Part shown: piece by piece, positions 36,120 through 47,567 of the stretch
Layout of the letters: each line of letters begins with the position of its first letter
How positions within the stretch are numbered: position 1 is the first letter of the stretch
The notes under the pieces: generated by a model
Databases searched by the model: none
What the model was told of the DNA's origin: nothing
What the model saw: the letters and a program-made list of their open reading frames with translations, nothing else
Assembly (NCBI GenBank): GCA_030167865.1
Contig: JALAGF010001205.1
Coordinates: forward strand, 1-64,000
Origin: Craspedostauros australis
Taxonomy: Eukaryota
DNA: 64,000 bases
Direction: 5' to 3'
Position numbers and translations under genes: made by a program

Positions 36120-38254
36120 CTACAACGGCTTCTGCCTCGTCCTGCCGTTGAAGTTGAAGCTGCGTTTCAGACTTTCCAGCCAATCAGAGGAGTGATCTCC
36201 CTTGTTGATGGTGGGGACGGGGTATCGGCTCATCTGAATGTGGACGCTGTCACCGCGTTCCAGCTCCTGCCGATTCTTGCCATCAAATGCAACTGATGCA
36301 TGCGTGCGGGCATCTTCTGGGACGTAGCAGCGCAAGACGACATGGTCAGGGAAGATCATCGATCGGAAGCTCAGGACGTGGGGACAGATGGGCGTCACGA
36401 GAATGCTGGGCACCGCAGGATGGACGACGGATCCTCCTGCTGCCATGCTGTACGCGGTCGATCCAGTTGGTCTGCACAAAAAGAAATGTGGTGGGTAGGG
36501 CGTGGAGTGCGTGCGGAAAATAGAGGATGGGTTTGGATCATAGAGAACCAGTTTGAAAAGGGTGCGGGGAAGAATGCATGGAAGATTATGGAGTTGTGGG
36601 CAAAAGTGAGTTGAGGCAGAAGCGAGACGATGCCTTTGCATGCACTCAGCCATACGTGTCGTGTCAACCAATACATGTACTCCAATAGGATCACTCACGT
36701 AGCAAAGATGATCCCGTCGGCCTGCACCGTCGTCAGGTGGGCATCGTCGCAGAAGCATTCCAGCGCTGCCAGATACGGGCTGCTGCCACGATCGATGGCA
36801 ACCTCATTCAGGACGCTGTAGCGAGCCCGGACGACACCTTCTCGACTGACGACGCGGCAATCCAACCGCATGCGGATGGAAAGGCAGATGGATTCTCCCC
36901 AGCCGAATTTAAAGTTCGGCGAGCCGCTGATGGTGGACGGTGGCTGGACGAGGGGTTCGTACGGGTAGGTGTCCATGTTGGGTGGGAACATATCCGGAGC
37001 TTCGGTGGTCAATGCGTACGCATCGCCATCGTTGGCCGGGACGACGCCCAACGCGATGCGGATGGCGTCGACCATCTCATCCTTGGTGAATGGTGTGAGG
37101 AATCCCAAGCTGCCACCGGCGATGGAAATTATGGGCGGGACGGCGCACTGGAACATCATACTGGCGTACAGCAGCAGACCATCGCCACCGATGGTGCAGA
37201 TGAGATCCGGGAAACGATCGATATCTTCAACCAAGCACGAATCAGAGTTGATCTCATCGTACAGGTTGAGGTAACTGCCCTTCGTGGTTGCCTGCGCATC
37301 GCTCAGCATGATGTTCTCCGGCGGTTCAAACAGGTGTATCAGCTCATTGTCCACCCCGTGATAATGTTTGAGCTTCGCGCACAGGTCCGGTGCGAGCAGA
37401 ACCTCGACGTTGTCATCCGTTAATTCGCGCACCGCATCGGCCGCCACCTCCATGAGGTGCTCATCATCCTTCTTGACAAGCATCAGCACGGATGGCATGG
37501 TCGGCGCGCTCGTGTCGCACGAGGTTTCCTCAACGTTGACGACGACTGGTGCGTGCGTGCGCTTCTTGTCCCAGGCGTAAGCGACTTGACCCGTGGCGGG
37601 TCCATTCAGCACGATCTGGTTGTGTCTTCCCGCCACGCGCTCTCTCGTCGAGTCCTTGCAAAAATCGGGCGTGCACCACATGAGGTCCATTCGCCGCTTC
37701 TTTGGCTTGGACTTTGAAGATGGTGATGACGATTGGGAGGATGCTTTCGATTTGTCTCTTGTTGCTGCTGCCGTTGCTGGTCCGTTGGTGGTACCTGATC
37801 CATTCACACCAATATCCTCATCTTCATCCGTTGCCACCGATGATGAAGATCCGCCCGATGAGTCATTGAGCTCTTTCGCCTCGACTGATTTCGCCAGCGG
37901 CTCTTTCGTTGCTGTGGACGCCAGGGAAGGACTCTGTTGTGGTTCCGTGGCATCTTCTCCCTTTGCACTGCCAGTGTCACTATCGCCGTTGAGATCGGTG
38001 ATCCCGTTTACACTGTTGACCCCATTGACTTCGCTTGCTCCGTGCACTCCATTCGCATCGTCGACGCCGTTGACACCGTTGATGCTGTTCAGAGGAAAGG
38101 ATGCCCGTCTGAGCTGTGGCAGCTGTTGGCTTGAAATGCTGGTGCCGACATGGGCGTTTGGCTGGAAGGCAGTCACCAGCACATTCGCGCAGCACCAAAG
38201 ACCAAGCAGCGGAGCTGATCTGGGAATTCTCATTCTCGCCGTCGTCATTGTCAT
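36120..38254 (-). CDS. NADK: NAD kinase with plastid-type presequence and long N-terminal extension
   Basis: Exon 1 38254-36699; intron 36698-36472; exon 2 36471-36120. The splice restores ADGIIFATPTGSTAYSMAAGG. Also GGDG, GSLGFL, LNEVAIDRG, TPICPHVLSFR; N-terminal VLVTA-FQP. Confidence 0.95.
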
Positions 38255-39189
38255 CGTGTCCGAGGGGCAATGAATGAGCACAACACGTGTGGAAACAAAG
38301 AGTGGTCAAACTGAGGCTGACCCTGCGCCTGGCAAATCGATCGATACTGGAGACGGCAGAGTAGCGAGGGTGCTCGTACGACGGGTATGTTATGATCGTT
38401 TACTCTGTTCTACTCTACTCTGTTGTAGCGTGAGTTTGTGAATACGGTGATAAGTACTTTGTTCTCCTCGTTCTCTTACGTATGAGTTCTTCCGGAACCG
38501 TGGTTGCCGGATGCACGGAATCTCCAGCCACGATCCTCCTCACTGTTCGTGACGAATGTTGGTTGGTGCGCGATGACAGTGGTGACAATTTGATTCATCC
38601 GTTGCGCTGTTGTCTTTGGTTGCTTCGATCACGTTCGCGACTGGGGCGGCACAAGAATGACCTTGGCTACAACGCCTTATCTAGAGCGAGAAACAATCAG
38701 AGAGACTGTTGGAATGATTTCGGTGCAGAGTCCTATCCCGATGCTCTCTTCTGTCCAGCAAGTCTCTTGAAATTCGCTTCTTTGAGGATGTTGGACTAGA
38801 GGGAGGTGCTGCAGCTGCCATGATGACAAGGAGCAGCTGCATCCGAAGATGAGAACAACGCTGTGTACGAGGTGCAAATCGTAGTTGATGCACTCACGAT
38901 AACACTAGTTGTGGAGTTTTGTTGAGTTTTGTGGGCAATGACTCGTGTTAAAGTAGACTAAAATAGAGCACATCCAACACCATCCAAATTACTGCTTATG
39001 ATGTTATATCTCAACACCAAACCATTTAAAATTAAAACTAGACAGTTCATTCGGATGCTTGGATATCGTTTATTCTGAATACCAAAGTTAAATTTGTATG
39101 AACTTTATTTTTAATGTCGTTTTGGCTTGCTGTCAGTCAGGTGGTGGGTGCAAAAAAGTCTCGATGGCACCATGCTGCCCTACCTTCAG

Positions 39190-39990
39190 CACCCATGATC
39201 ATCATTATCATCCCTGGAATTTTCACAATCTGCGCACCACATTAGCTCCAGATACCCCCCATCTATCCACTCCATGAAGATCCTGCGCAGATAGGCTCAT
39301 CTCATACTCCAAAGTCTCCCTGCACTGAAACGCAGAAATTTCGAACATCCGATTCCAACACAGATGCCGTTCGTATTTGGATCCGTATCTTGTCGGTACG
39401 ATCCTTGCAGCTCCTCCACATGCCCCTCATGCGTTCTCACATTCTCAGGTGACACACTGATGTGTTCAGAATGGGTGGGGCGCTCATACCTCCAAAGGTA
39501 CACCTCCATGTGATGATGTCATCATGCTGTTTTTCCGACACCCAAAAATATCCCTTTCGTGTGCATCCCAGGCTGAAGCCTCTTCCAGACCATATATGTG
39601 CAGGATACTTCGACATGGCCATCTTGAGTTGATTCCGAACACATCTTGAGTGGGTGGCTTGGCGATCTGGGTGACTTGTGAATGGCACCCATCACCAGCG
39701 AAGTCACCTGATGTGTCCGCCGCCACCCACCAAAAAATTCTTGCCCTCCACTTGTTTCTTGCGGAGGGCGCCTTCCAGGCCACCCCCGACCCTAAAACTT
39801 CGTGTGCATTTTCATCGTATCCTCTTGGATGCATCTTGTCCCTCAATAGTCGTTGGGTGGGCCTGTACATTCCAGGCAGAGACCATATCCAACGAGCAGA
39901 TGTTCCTCCGAATCGTGTCGTGTGCGAGTGGGCCTGCCTCAGCCCCAAATCAACCAAGATGGCACCCCCCTCTTGCTCATTCACCAAACT
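39190..39990 (-). pseudogene. Decayed coding fragment of unknown function inside the mariner element
   Basis: ORFs 39522..39707 and 39297..39509 share a frame separated by TGA TGA and continue past another TGA (MR*AYLRRIFMEWIDGGYLELMWCADC). Possible frameshift from ORF 39484..39987 at an A6 run near 39735. Confidence 0.35.
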
Positions 39991-40588
39991 TTACATGGCA
40001 GTTCCGCCTATGCCCTCAGATCTTGCACTGGACCGCTGGTTGTCACAGTGCCGATGATGCCGTTCGGCGGCGCTTGAGGAGTTTTGTTGTGTTTCTCCAT
40101 TGTCGTGTTGTTGTGTTGTGTTTGGTGTTCTCAAACAGTTTTTGCTGTTGGGGGCCATGGAGATTAACCACAATTCTGCCGAATGTGCCAACCAATGAGA
40201 ACACTTTTCGAGTCCCGAATTGCACCTCCATTCCACAACACCAAAACTATCCTCACAAAGTGGACAACGGAAACACTGCACATCTGGGACGAGCTGCTGT
40301 TGATTCTCTGCTGCTTGTAGTTATTGCTTGTACAACAATGTAGAATGACTGTGACCCTCCACATTGGAGAGAGTGGACGATACGATGCACCTTGTGACCA
40401 TCCAATGTTGCCCATGCCCCCTGTGATGCGCCGCGCCGTGCTGTGCGTTGATGGCTGGTGATGCGATGCGCTGTCTCGCTGTCCTCGTGTGCCTGGTGTG
40501 CGTCGCGACGCGTCTTTCAACTCAACTGCAGCCTCCATCAACACAATACACATCATCCTCCATTCACTGCAGTCTGCACCTTGCAAGC

Positions 40589-43135
40589 ATGTTGTGCGCT
40601 GGTGATTGTGTGAAGGTGGCACCTCACACGGACTCAAATGACAAGATCCGTGACCTGGGCGTATGTCCTGTTGAGCTTGCAGTGAAACAGACCACGGATG
40701 GCGCTACAGTCAAACGCGATGGGCCTCTTGCATCAGGAGAGGTGGCAATGGTCATGGTGACCCCAGTGATGGGGCAGAGCCGAATGTATGTTGTTCGTGA
40801 GGATCTGTGCACACCACACAGCCTTGTTACCTTCGCACGGACTCGCACTGCTGGTGGCCTTGCTAAGCCTTCCCTCCTTTCTCCCCAACATGACTCCGTC
40901 GCTGCTGCGCGTGTCAACAACAAGGCTGAGCCCCCCACACCATCCCCAACTACCACGGAATCGCAAGAAGCCAAAATCACAGCTTTTCTCGAGGTCTCGC
41001 GGCGTCAGAAAGCAACAGCAATCGCCCAGCTCACAAAGCAGATGAAGAAAGGTGCAAAAACAAAAGGATGGTTGCGAAAGGATGGAGGCCATAGTATTGC
41101 TAAGCCTGGTAATCCTAGCAAACGCCTTGACAAAGAAGACAATCGGAACTACACTGTTCTCTATTTCAATTTGGGCGGGATTCCAGCACATGCAGAGTTG
41201 ATCGCCCATGCATGGGGTATCAACCGCACCACAGCGGGACGCAACATTGTGAAATTCCAAACAGAGACGCTCAAATGCAAGAAGCGAAGCGACACAGGCA
41301 GCAGCATCTTCACCTACCCCACCAAACAACGACATCACTTCACGCAGCGTGCAGCCTTTGCAAAACAACTACGTCTTAAACATCCAGACCAACAGTTCAA
41401 GAACAACGAAATCGCTTCTGCCTATGCCTCTGCTTCGCCTCAAGAGCTGGCATCCGCAAAAGTGCTGTCTGAGTTGTGGTTGGAACGTGGTCCCTTCCTG
41501 CAATTTGAGCACCAGGATGTGTTGCGATGGTGCAATGGCGCACTCTTGTGGGATGGAATTGCTTGGAAACTGGCAGGCAGCGGAAACCCGCAAGTCGTTG
41601 GTCCGAAGTGTATCCGCAAATTCGTCATGGGATTGGAAGGCAGTGAGTACCGTTCTACAACAATACTCCCTCTGATCAATGGCACCACTACAGCAAAGCG
41701 CGACATCTGGGCTAAGGACTTCTGTGTGTTCTGGGAATCGGCTCAGCTCTTCAAGAAAGTGCAGGTTGTCCTTGTCCACATGGACGAAAAGTGGTTCTAC
41801 TCCATTGTCGCTCGCAAGCATCTGAAACATGTGCCCCAGATGGGAGTTAAGCCTGTGAAGCAGACTGTGCATCACAAGTGTCACATTGACAAGACCATGG
41901 CAATTGCATCAACAGCATTTGCCCCAACAAACAACCGCATTGAGAAAGGAGGAAAGGCGTATCGGGTGAACTTCGAACGTGTTGGGCGCATGGTCCCAGC
42001 GCAGAAGAATACGTACAAGCGAACTTGGGTCTCGCCAACCAAGTACAAGCACCTTCCTGATCCCACGAAAATCTCTCAGGAGAAGGGTAAACTGTACTTC
42101 CAAGCACTGGAGATCACAGGCAGCAAGGAATCAGTTGGTGCGCCTGATAAGACCAAGCCAAAATACAGCCTCAAGACATTCTTCTGCGAAAAAGAAATCC
42201 CTGCACTGGATTCGCTCGCCAACAAAATCAAGGCCGAAACGGGCAAGAACGTGGTGATTCGGTACCAGATAGATGGCGCAGGGCCACACAGAGACACGTA
42301 ACTACTCAGGTTCATCAACGAGGAGTTCGACAGTCGTGGATGGCATCTACGATTGCAACCATCAAATTCTCCCATCACGAATGTGAAAGACGATGCGATA
42401 TTCCCAGCGATGTCAAAGCACGTGTCAGCATACGAAGGTACGCACCATGGAAGCCGATTGCTTACCACTGACGCATTGTCGGATGCTTGTGGAACCTGTT
42501 GGGAGCAATTTGGGCTGGACAAGGTGGCATGTGCGTATGTTTGCCACCATCAGATTGCCTACGCAATTTGTGCTGCGAAAGGAGGTGACGAATTTGTGAC
42601 AGAGAACAAGGGACTGAGCATGAACGTGCGGAAACAAACGTTCACTGAATTTGACAAGATCGGCAACAAGATCGGCGTTACTGTGTCTCACACGGACTTC
42701 GCGTTGGAGGAGGATGAGGCAACCAACGATACTGCCAAGAAACCAGCTGCAACAGGCAACAAAGGCAAATCAGCTGGCTTCAAATTCGCCAAGCCCAACA
42801 TCAAAGGTATGTACGATGATGTGCTCAAGGTGATGGCTGTCAGTGGTCTGCAATGTCTTAAAACGAACCTGCCAACAACCAGCAGCCTCATTCCGTTGCT
42901 GGCGAAGCAAATCGTTGTGACAACCAGAGCCAATGAGGAGGCTGAGCAACAGAAGAAAGATGAGAAGAGAAAGAAGCAACCCAGCAAGAGCAAAGCCGAC
43001 ATCATTGAGCCTCGCAACAACAACAGCAAAGCCGAAGCAGCACCCACCATGAATACAGTCAAAGTGGCCTGTCTGGCTGGCAAGACCGAGCATCACAGCA
43101 AAGCAGAGGAGGATACCAATACAGCAGAGATGTAA
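40589..43135 (+). pseudogene. Mariner-like DD38D transposase (~848 codons) with a single nonsense codon
   Basis: VHMDEKWFY...HIDKTM...YQIDGAGPHRDT*LL...QPSNSPITNVKDDAIF. TAA at 42299-42301 is the only break between same-frame ORFs 40448..42301 and 42353..43135. Confidence 0.9.
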
Positions 43136-43347
43136 CTGCAAATCGTAGTAGTAGTAGTATATGTTATAGGCACACCTGTGATTGGAGTGCCTATGTGCGC
43201 ATCGTCTGCTTGATGGCATGGAGGATTGTGATGTGATGTGTGGTGTGGTGTGTGATGTTTGTTTTGTGTGTTGTGATGAGTGATGTGATGAGTGGTGTGA
43301 TTTTTGTGACGCAGACCGATATTTTTGTGTCGTGAATGGTGCGCATT

Positions 43348-43443
43348 GTGGAGCCATCGTGTTGTGCAGCCATCGCGTCGTGGAGCCATCGCGTCGTGGA
43401 GCCATCGCGTCGTGGAGCCATCGCGTCGTGGAGCCATCGCGTT
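43348..43443. repeat. Minisatellite, six copies of 16-bp GTGGAGCCATCGCGTC
   Basis: Direct reading: three central copies are perfect and the other copies carry 1-2 substitutions. Confidence 0.95.
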
Positions 43444-43907
43444 GTGTCGTGCCGCTCTGATCGGAAAATTCCAGCCGAACCACACAGAAAATACGCTCCA
43501 AGGCCCCAATTGCGTCGATCGGAGCGCCAGCACAATCGGTGTGTGTTGCACAAACCAATCGAATGGCAAAGGCTTCTCTTTGTTGGTACCGCACTCGTAC
43601 ATCTGTACCACATCGTACCATGCCAGTACTCCACTTCCTTTTCATCACACATGTGCAACCCTCACGATCTTTGCTGCCATCAAGTCCACGCGTCTGTACT
43701 CGTCACTGGAGCACCAACGATGCATCCTCTGATCATTCATCTCTGCTCATGCTCTGCCGACAGTACTGCCACTAGCACAATCGTCATGTATTGGCGGAGC
43801 AGAGTAGAATAGAGCAGAGCGCAACAAATACACACCACGCAATGCTCATATGCTTTACTATGCTATGTTGTGATGTGCTAGTGCAGCTTCTATAATATGT
43901 TACATAC

Positions 43908-46900
43908 TCATACACTAAGAGCACAGTCCACTACTCCATGTACTGCTTCGGGCTTGCTAGATGGAGCAGATTGGACTTCCTCTCTTCGGGGTGCGTCGCC
44001 ATTGGACGCCTCTTCGTTGATTGTCACGTCCTCCTTGCCATCATGTTCGCATTCGTTCCGATTGGCCTCCTGTCCTGTTTGTGTTGATTGGATGCTTTGC
44101 TCCTTCGCTGCAGAAGGGTCCATCTCTTCACTGCCATCGTGTGTTGACGAAGACCCCATTACCTGACTGGGATCATCTTGTGCTGAACATGATCGAGTCT
44201 TTGCGCTGGTCTCATCTTGCGGAGTGGGCACCACAGATGCAGATGCTGTCTCCAAAATTTTGGTTGTTTGTGAAGACTTGTTGGTGCTGGCATCAGCTTC
44301 TTTCGTTTGTGCGTTGTCTCTTGCACGTCCCATGGTGCTGAGAACCCCAATGGTGGCCAACGATGCAACAGCCAAGGCCAATAGCTGTGATGAGGTGATG
44401 TCCACCTTCTGTTGACCTTTGCTCTCCTCAGACACCACTGTGCCTTGTTTTGCCTGTGAGTTTGTGGCTGTGGCCGTCGCAGATTGGGCCGGGTTGTCCA
44501 CGACTTCATAGGGATCCATCTTGTGGCACACAATGACATCGCCGCTCTCACCGTCGTACACTTCGAAGCTCGTGCTGTCGTAGTTCACAAGGTCGATGAC
44601 TGGTGCTGCACCAGCTGGGTTGGTGGTAGACTTGTCGGTGCCAATGCTCTGTGCCGAATCGCGTGATGCAGGGGCGTCGTCTCTGCCACCAGTCCATGGA
44701 TCCTTGTACGAATGCTTCTCCTCCATGGAGTTGCTGATAACGATGACACTATCGGAATGACTCTGCGATGGTCGATTCTGCTGGTGATCATCATTACCCT
44801 TGTTGTCACCGGAGCCGTGGTCATCTTTGTCATCGAGCACAATGATCTCTTCGACATTTCGCGAGCGGGAGGCGCTCTCTGCTGGAGGTTGTTGCTCGAT
44901 GGAATAATTCCCAGGTGACGCACCACCCTGGCTTCCGTGGTTGGTGACATCAATTGGGTCATGTCCAGTAGGAGCATCACCAACAGCATTGTCGCAATCC
45001 TTTTCTGCATTCATCAACGACTTGGTCATGATCCCTGCGCCAACCCCAAGGACAACTGCTGCACCTGCAGCTACTCCAGTCGAGGCGTTCTTGGTGACAT
45101 CGTCCAATGACGACTTCTCTGAGCTGACCGACTTGTGGGATGAGTTACACTCGATGTGACCAGTCGAAACAGTTGCTGATGCTTCTTGAGCGGCGTCAGC
45201 AACATCGTTTGTTGAGACCGCAGACGCGTTGTCGGTGCAGCTACTATCGACAGGATTCGAGTTGGCGCTTGCGCTCGTCACCACGCTGACTGCAGGGCTG
45301 CTGTCAGCTGTGACTTTGGCTGTGGTCGTGGTTTTGCCTGCAGCTGCCACAGATGCCGCCGTAACAACTGCTGCGGCCACGCCAATAGCTGCAGTGGTTG
45401 TCAATGCGTTGGTGTCATCATCCTTGTTGCTGTTGTCATCTTTCCCGAAGCCGCGATCGCTCTGCGTTGTGGATGGGCTCGATTGGTCTTGGTGCCCGAT
45501 CAGTGCCCCAACCTCTTCCAAGTCAGAGTCCAACAGGCTGTTCAAGACGGACTCATTGAACGATGAAGGGCGTTCATTTTCCGCAGAGCTGGAAGACAAC
45601 TTCCTGGTGGAAGCTGCACCAGATCTCACCGACCGTTCATTCTCGGAGACGGTGAATTCGGAGGCTGTGGATTGACTGCTGTTCGTTCCTCATGCAGGCA
45701 TGAGAACGCCCATGCCCTGGACGACTGGGATGTCATTGGATGAACGTGCGGTTTCCACGAGGTGGCCGACTATCACTGGGTTGGCTGCACCGGCGATCAG
45801 GTCTTGCTTTTCAGATCCCGGTTGACACGCGTCCTTGCTGGCAGATTTGTCCTTGTTGCTGGTTTCGTATGAACTACCAGCAGCCAGTTCAGCCGCAGCA
45901 AGGTCCATGATGTCTTTGAGAGGAGCCGGAGGAGGCCTGCTTGTCTCTGTGAGAGGTTCGATGCCTTCTCTCTGCATCTGCGAGCGAATCATTGCTGCAA
46001 TCTTTGCCTCGTAGTCGGATGATGTCGAAGAAGAGAGGTCGACGGCACAGACCTCACCATTCTTGACACCTTCGGAACGATTCGTGTAGACATCGCTGGA
46101 TGCCAGGCTGGATGTTCCACTTGCACTGCTCTCTGCCGACGGACGTGGCTGCTTGCTGCCACTGGCGTTCTGCATTGTTTCCGTTGCTGTTCCACCAACG
46201 GATGATGATGTGTCTCATGTGTTGGAAGATGATGCAGCTGCTGCTGCCACGGCCCCAGAAATGAAATGACCGTCGCTGGTGCTGCCAATGGAACGGTTGG
46301 AGCGTGACTCTCCGTTCGAGTACGTCGAATCGTCGTAGTATACCGATCCGCTTGACAACGTGTTGTTGCACCATGTAGACCTGTGTGACAAGCTGGCTCC
46401 TGTGATCACGCTTGGTTGGCGGTGTTGGTGGAATTGTTGCGTGCTGGACGAGTCTGATTCGTTGAAGCGGACCGACTTTTGCGATCCTTCATCTATGACC
46501 AAAACGGCCCGCACTTCAATGTTGTCGGTCTGTTCTCCGCTGTCGGTAGCTTGCGTCATGGTCACAGGTGGGGGTTCGGCATTTCGTGCCAATTTCTTGG
46601 CCTGCTGTTGATCGTTCGACTGCTGGTCAGCCTCAGACCCAGAAGACAAGGATGCGGAACACGCTGTTTGTGCCGGTTGCCGCTTATTTGGAGCAAGCAC
46701 ACGGTTCGCAACGTATGCTCCCGCTGGAAGATCGATGCCTGTTGCAGAGGCTGTTGGCGACGCGATTCGGACCTGCATCATGCTGTTGTCGCGTCACTGG
46801 TTGGAGACGCGATCCGTGACGTCCATGGATGTGGCCTGACCATCATGATTGCTGTGAATGCTTGAGATGGTGCTCTTTTTGGTTCTGGCGCTTGCATTCT

Positions 46901-47567
46901 TGCTTTGTCCAATCCTGGATGGTGATTCCTTGCCAAGTGAATTGTTGTAGAACGTTGGCATCGACTGAGAGGCAGCAATTGCACCAAAGGCTGCCACCGC
47001 CTGCTTACCACGCATCTTTCCGACCGAAGTAGGTGCAGGGATGACAGATACCGAACCTTCCACCTCTTTCCTGGACTGTGCCACAATGGCAGGGTTGCTT
47101 CAGGCTTGGTTCTCTTCGACTTGGACGGAGCTCGACGCCACCGAGCATGCGCTGGCTGTGCCATGTTGAGTGGAGGGTGTGGACTTGACTGATGTGGTTC
47201 CGCTGCCTGCCGTCGTGGTATTGCGTTGGTCGACGGATGTTGCGGTTGACGTTGGTGCTTTGAGCACAGTGGGGGTGGTCTCCGGTTGAGCGTCCGTAGT
47301 TTCCCCACCCTTCTCTGGCTTGGATGCATCATTGCCGGCAGCCTTTCTTCCAAACATCGTCCCGACAAATCCCAACGTCGCCAACACAAGGCCCAGTTTG
47401 GCCCCTTGCTTGCGCTGCTGCTGCGATGGCAAAGATGACACCGTAGCATCATGTGTGCTCGTTGTTACAGATGAGGTGATTGCAGACTTGGCAGTCGAAG
47501 CTGAAGCCATCGTTTGCGTCGCAGAGATAGTGGTCGGCTGCTCCCCTGGTGACGTGGAATCCGTTCC
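43908..47567 (-). pseudogene. Cargo reading frame (~1220 codons): Ser/Thr/Ala/Asp-rich protein with several Gly/Ala hydrophobic segments
   Basis: ORFs 47100..47603, 46794..47084, 46215..46781, 45690..46175 and 43908..45629 are all in one frame, separated only by TGA at 47100, 46794, 46215 and 45690. Preceded by a splice-acceptor-like gctgatctgtcttctacgtcacAG at 47568. Confidence 0.8.

Noticed and set aside
39190-39300. WCADCENSRDDND as a TnpB/Fanzor zinc finger-RuvC III
   Set aside because: Only one CxxC, no RDxNAAxN, and no RuvC I/II motifs found upstream.
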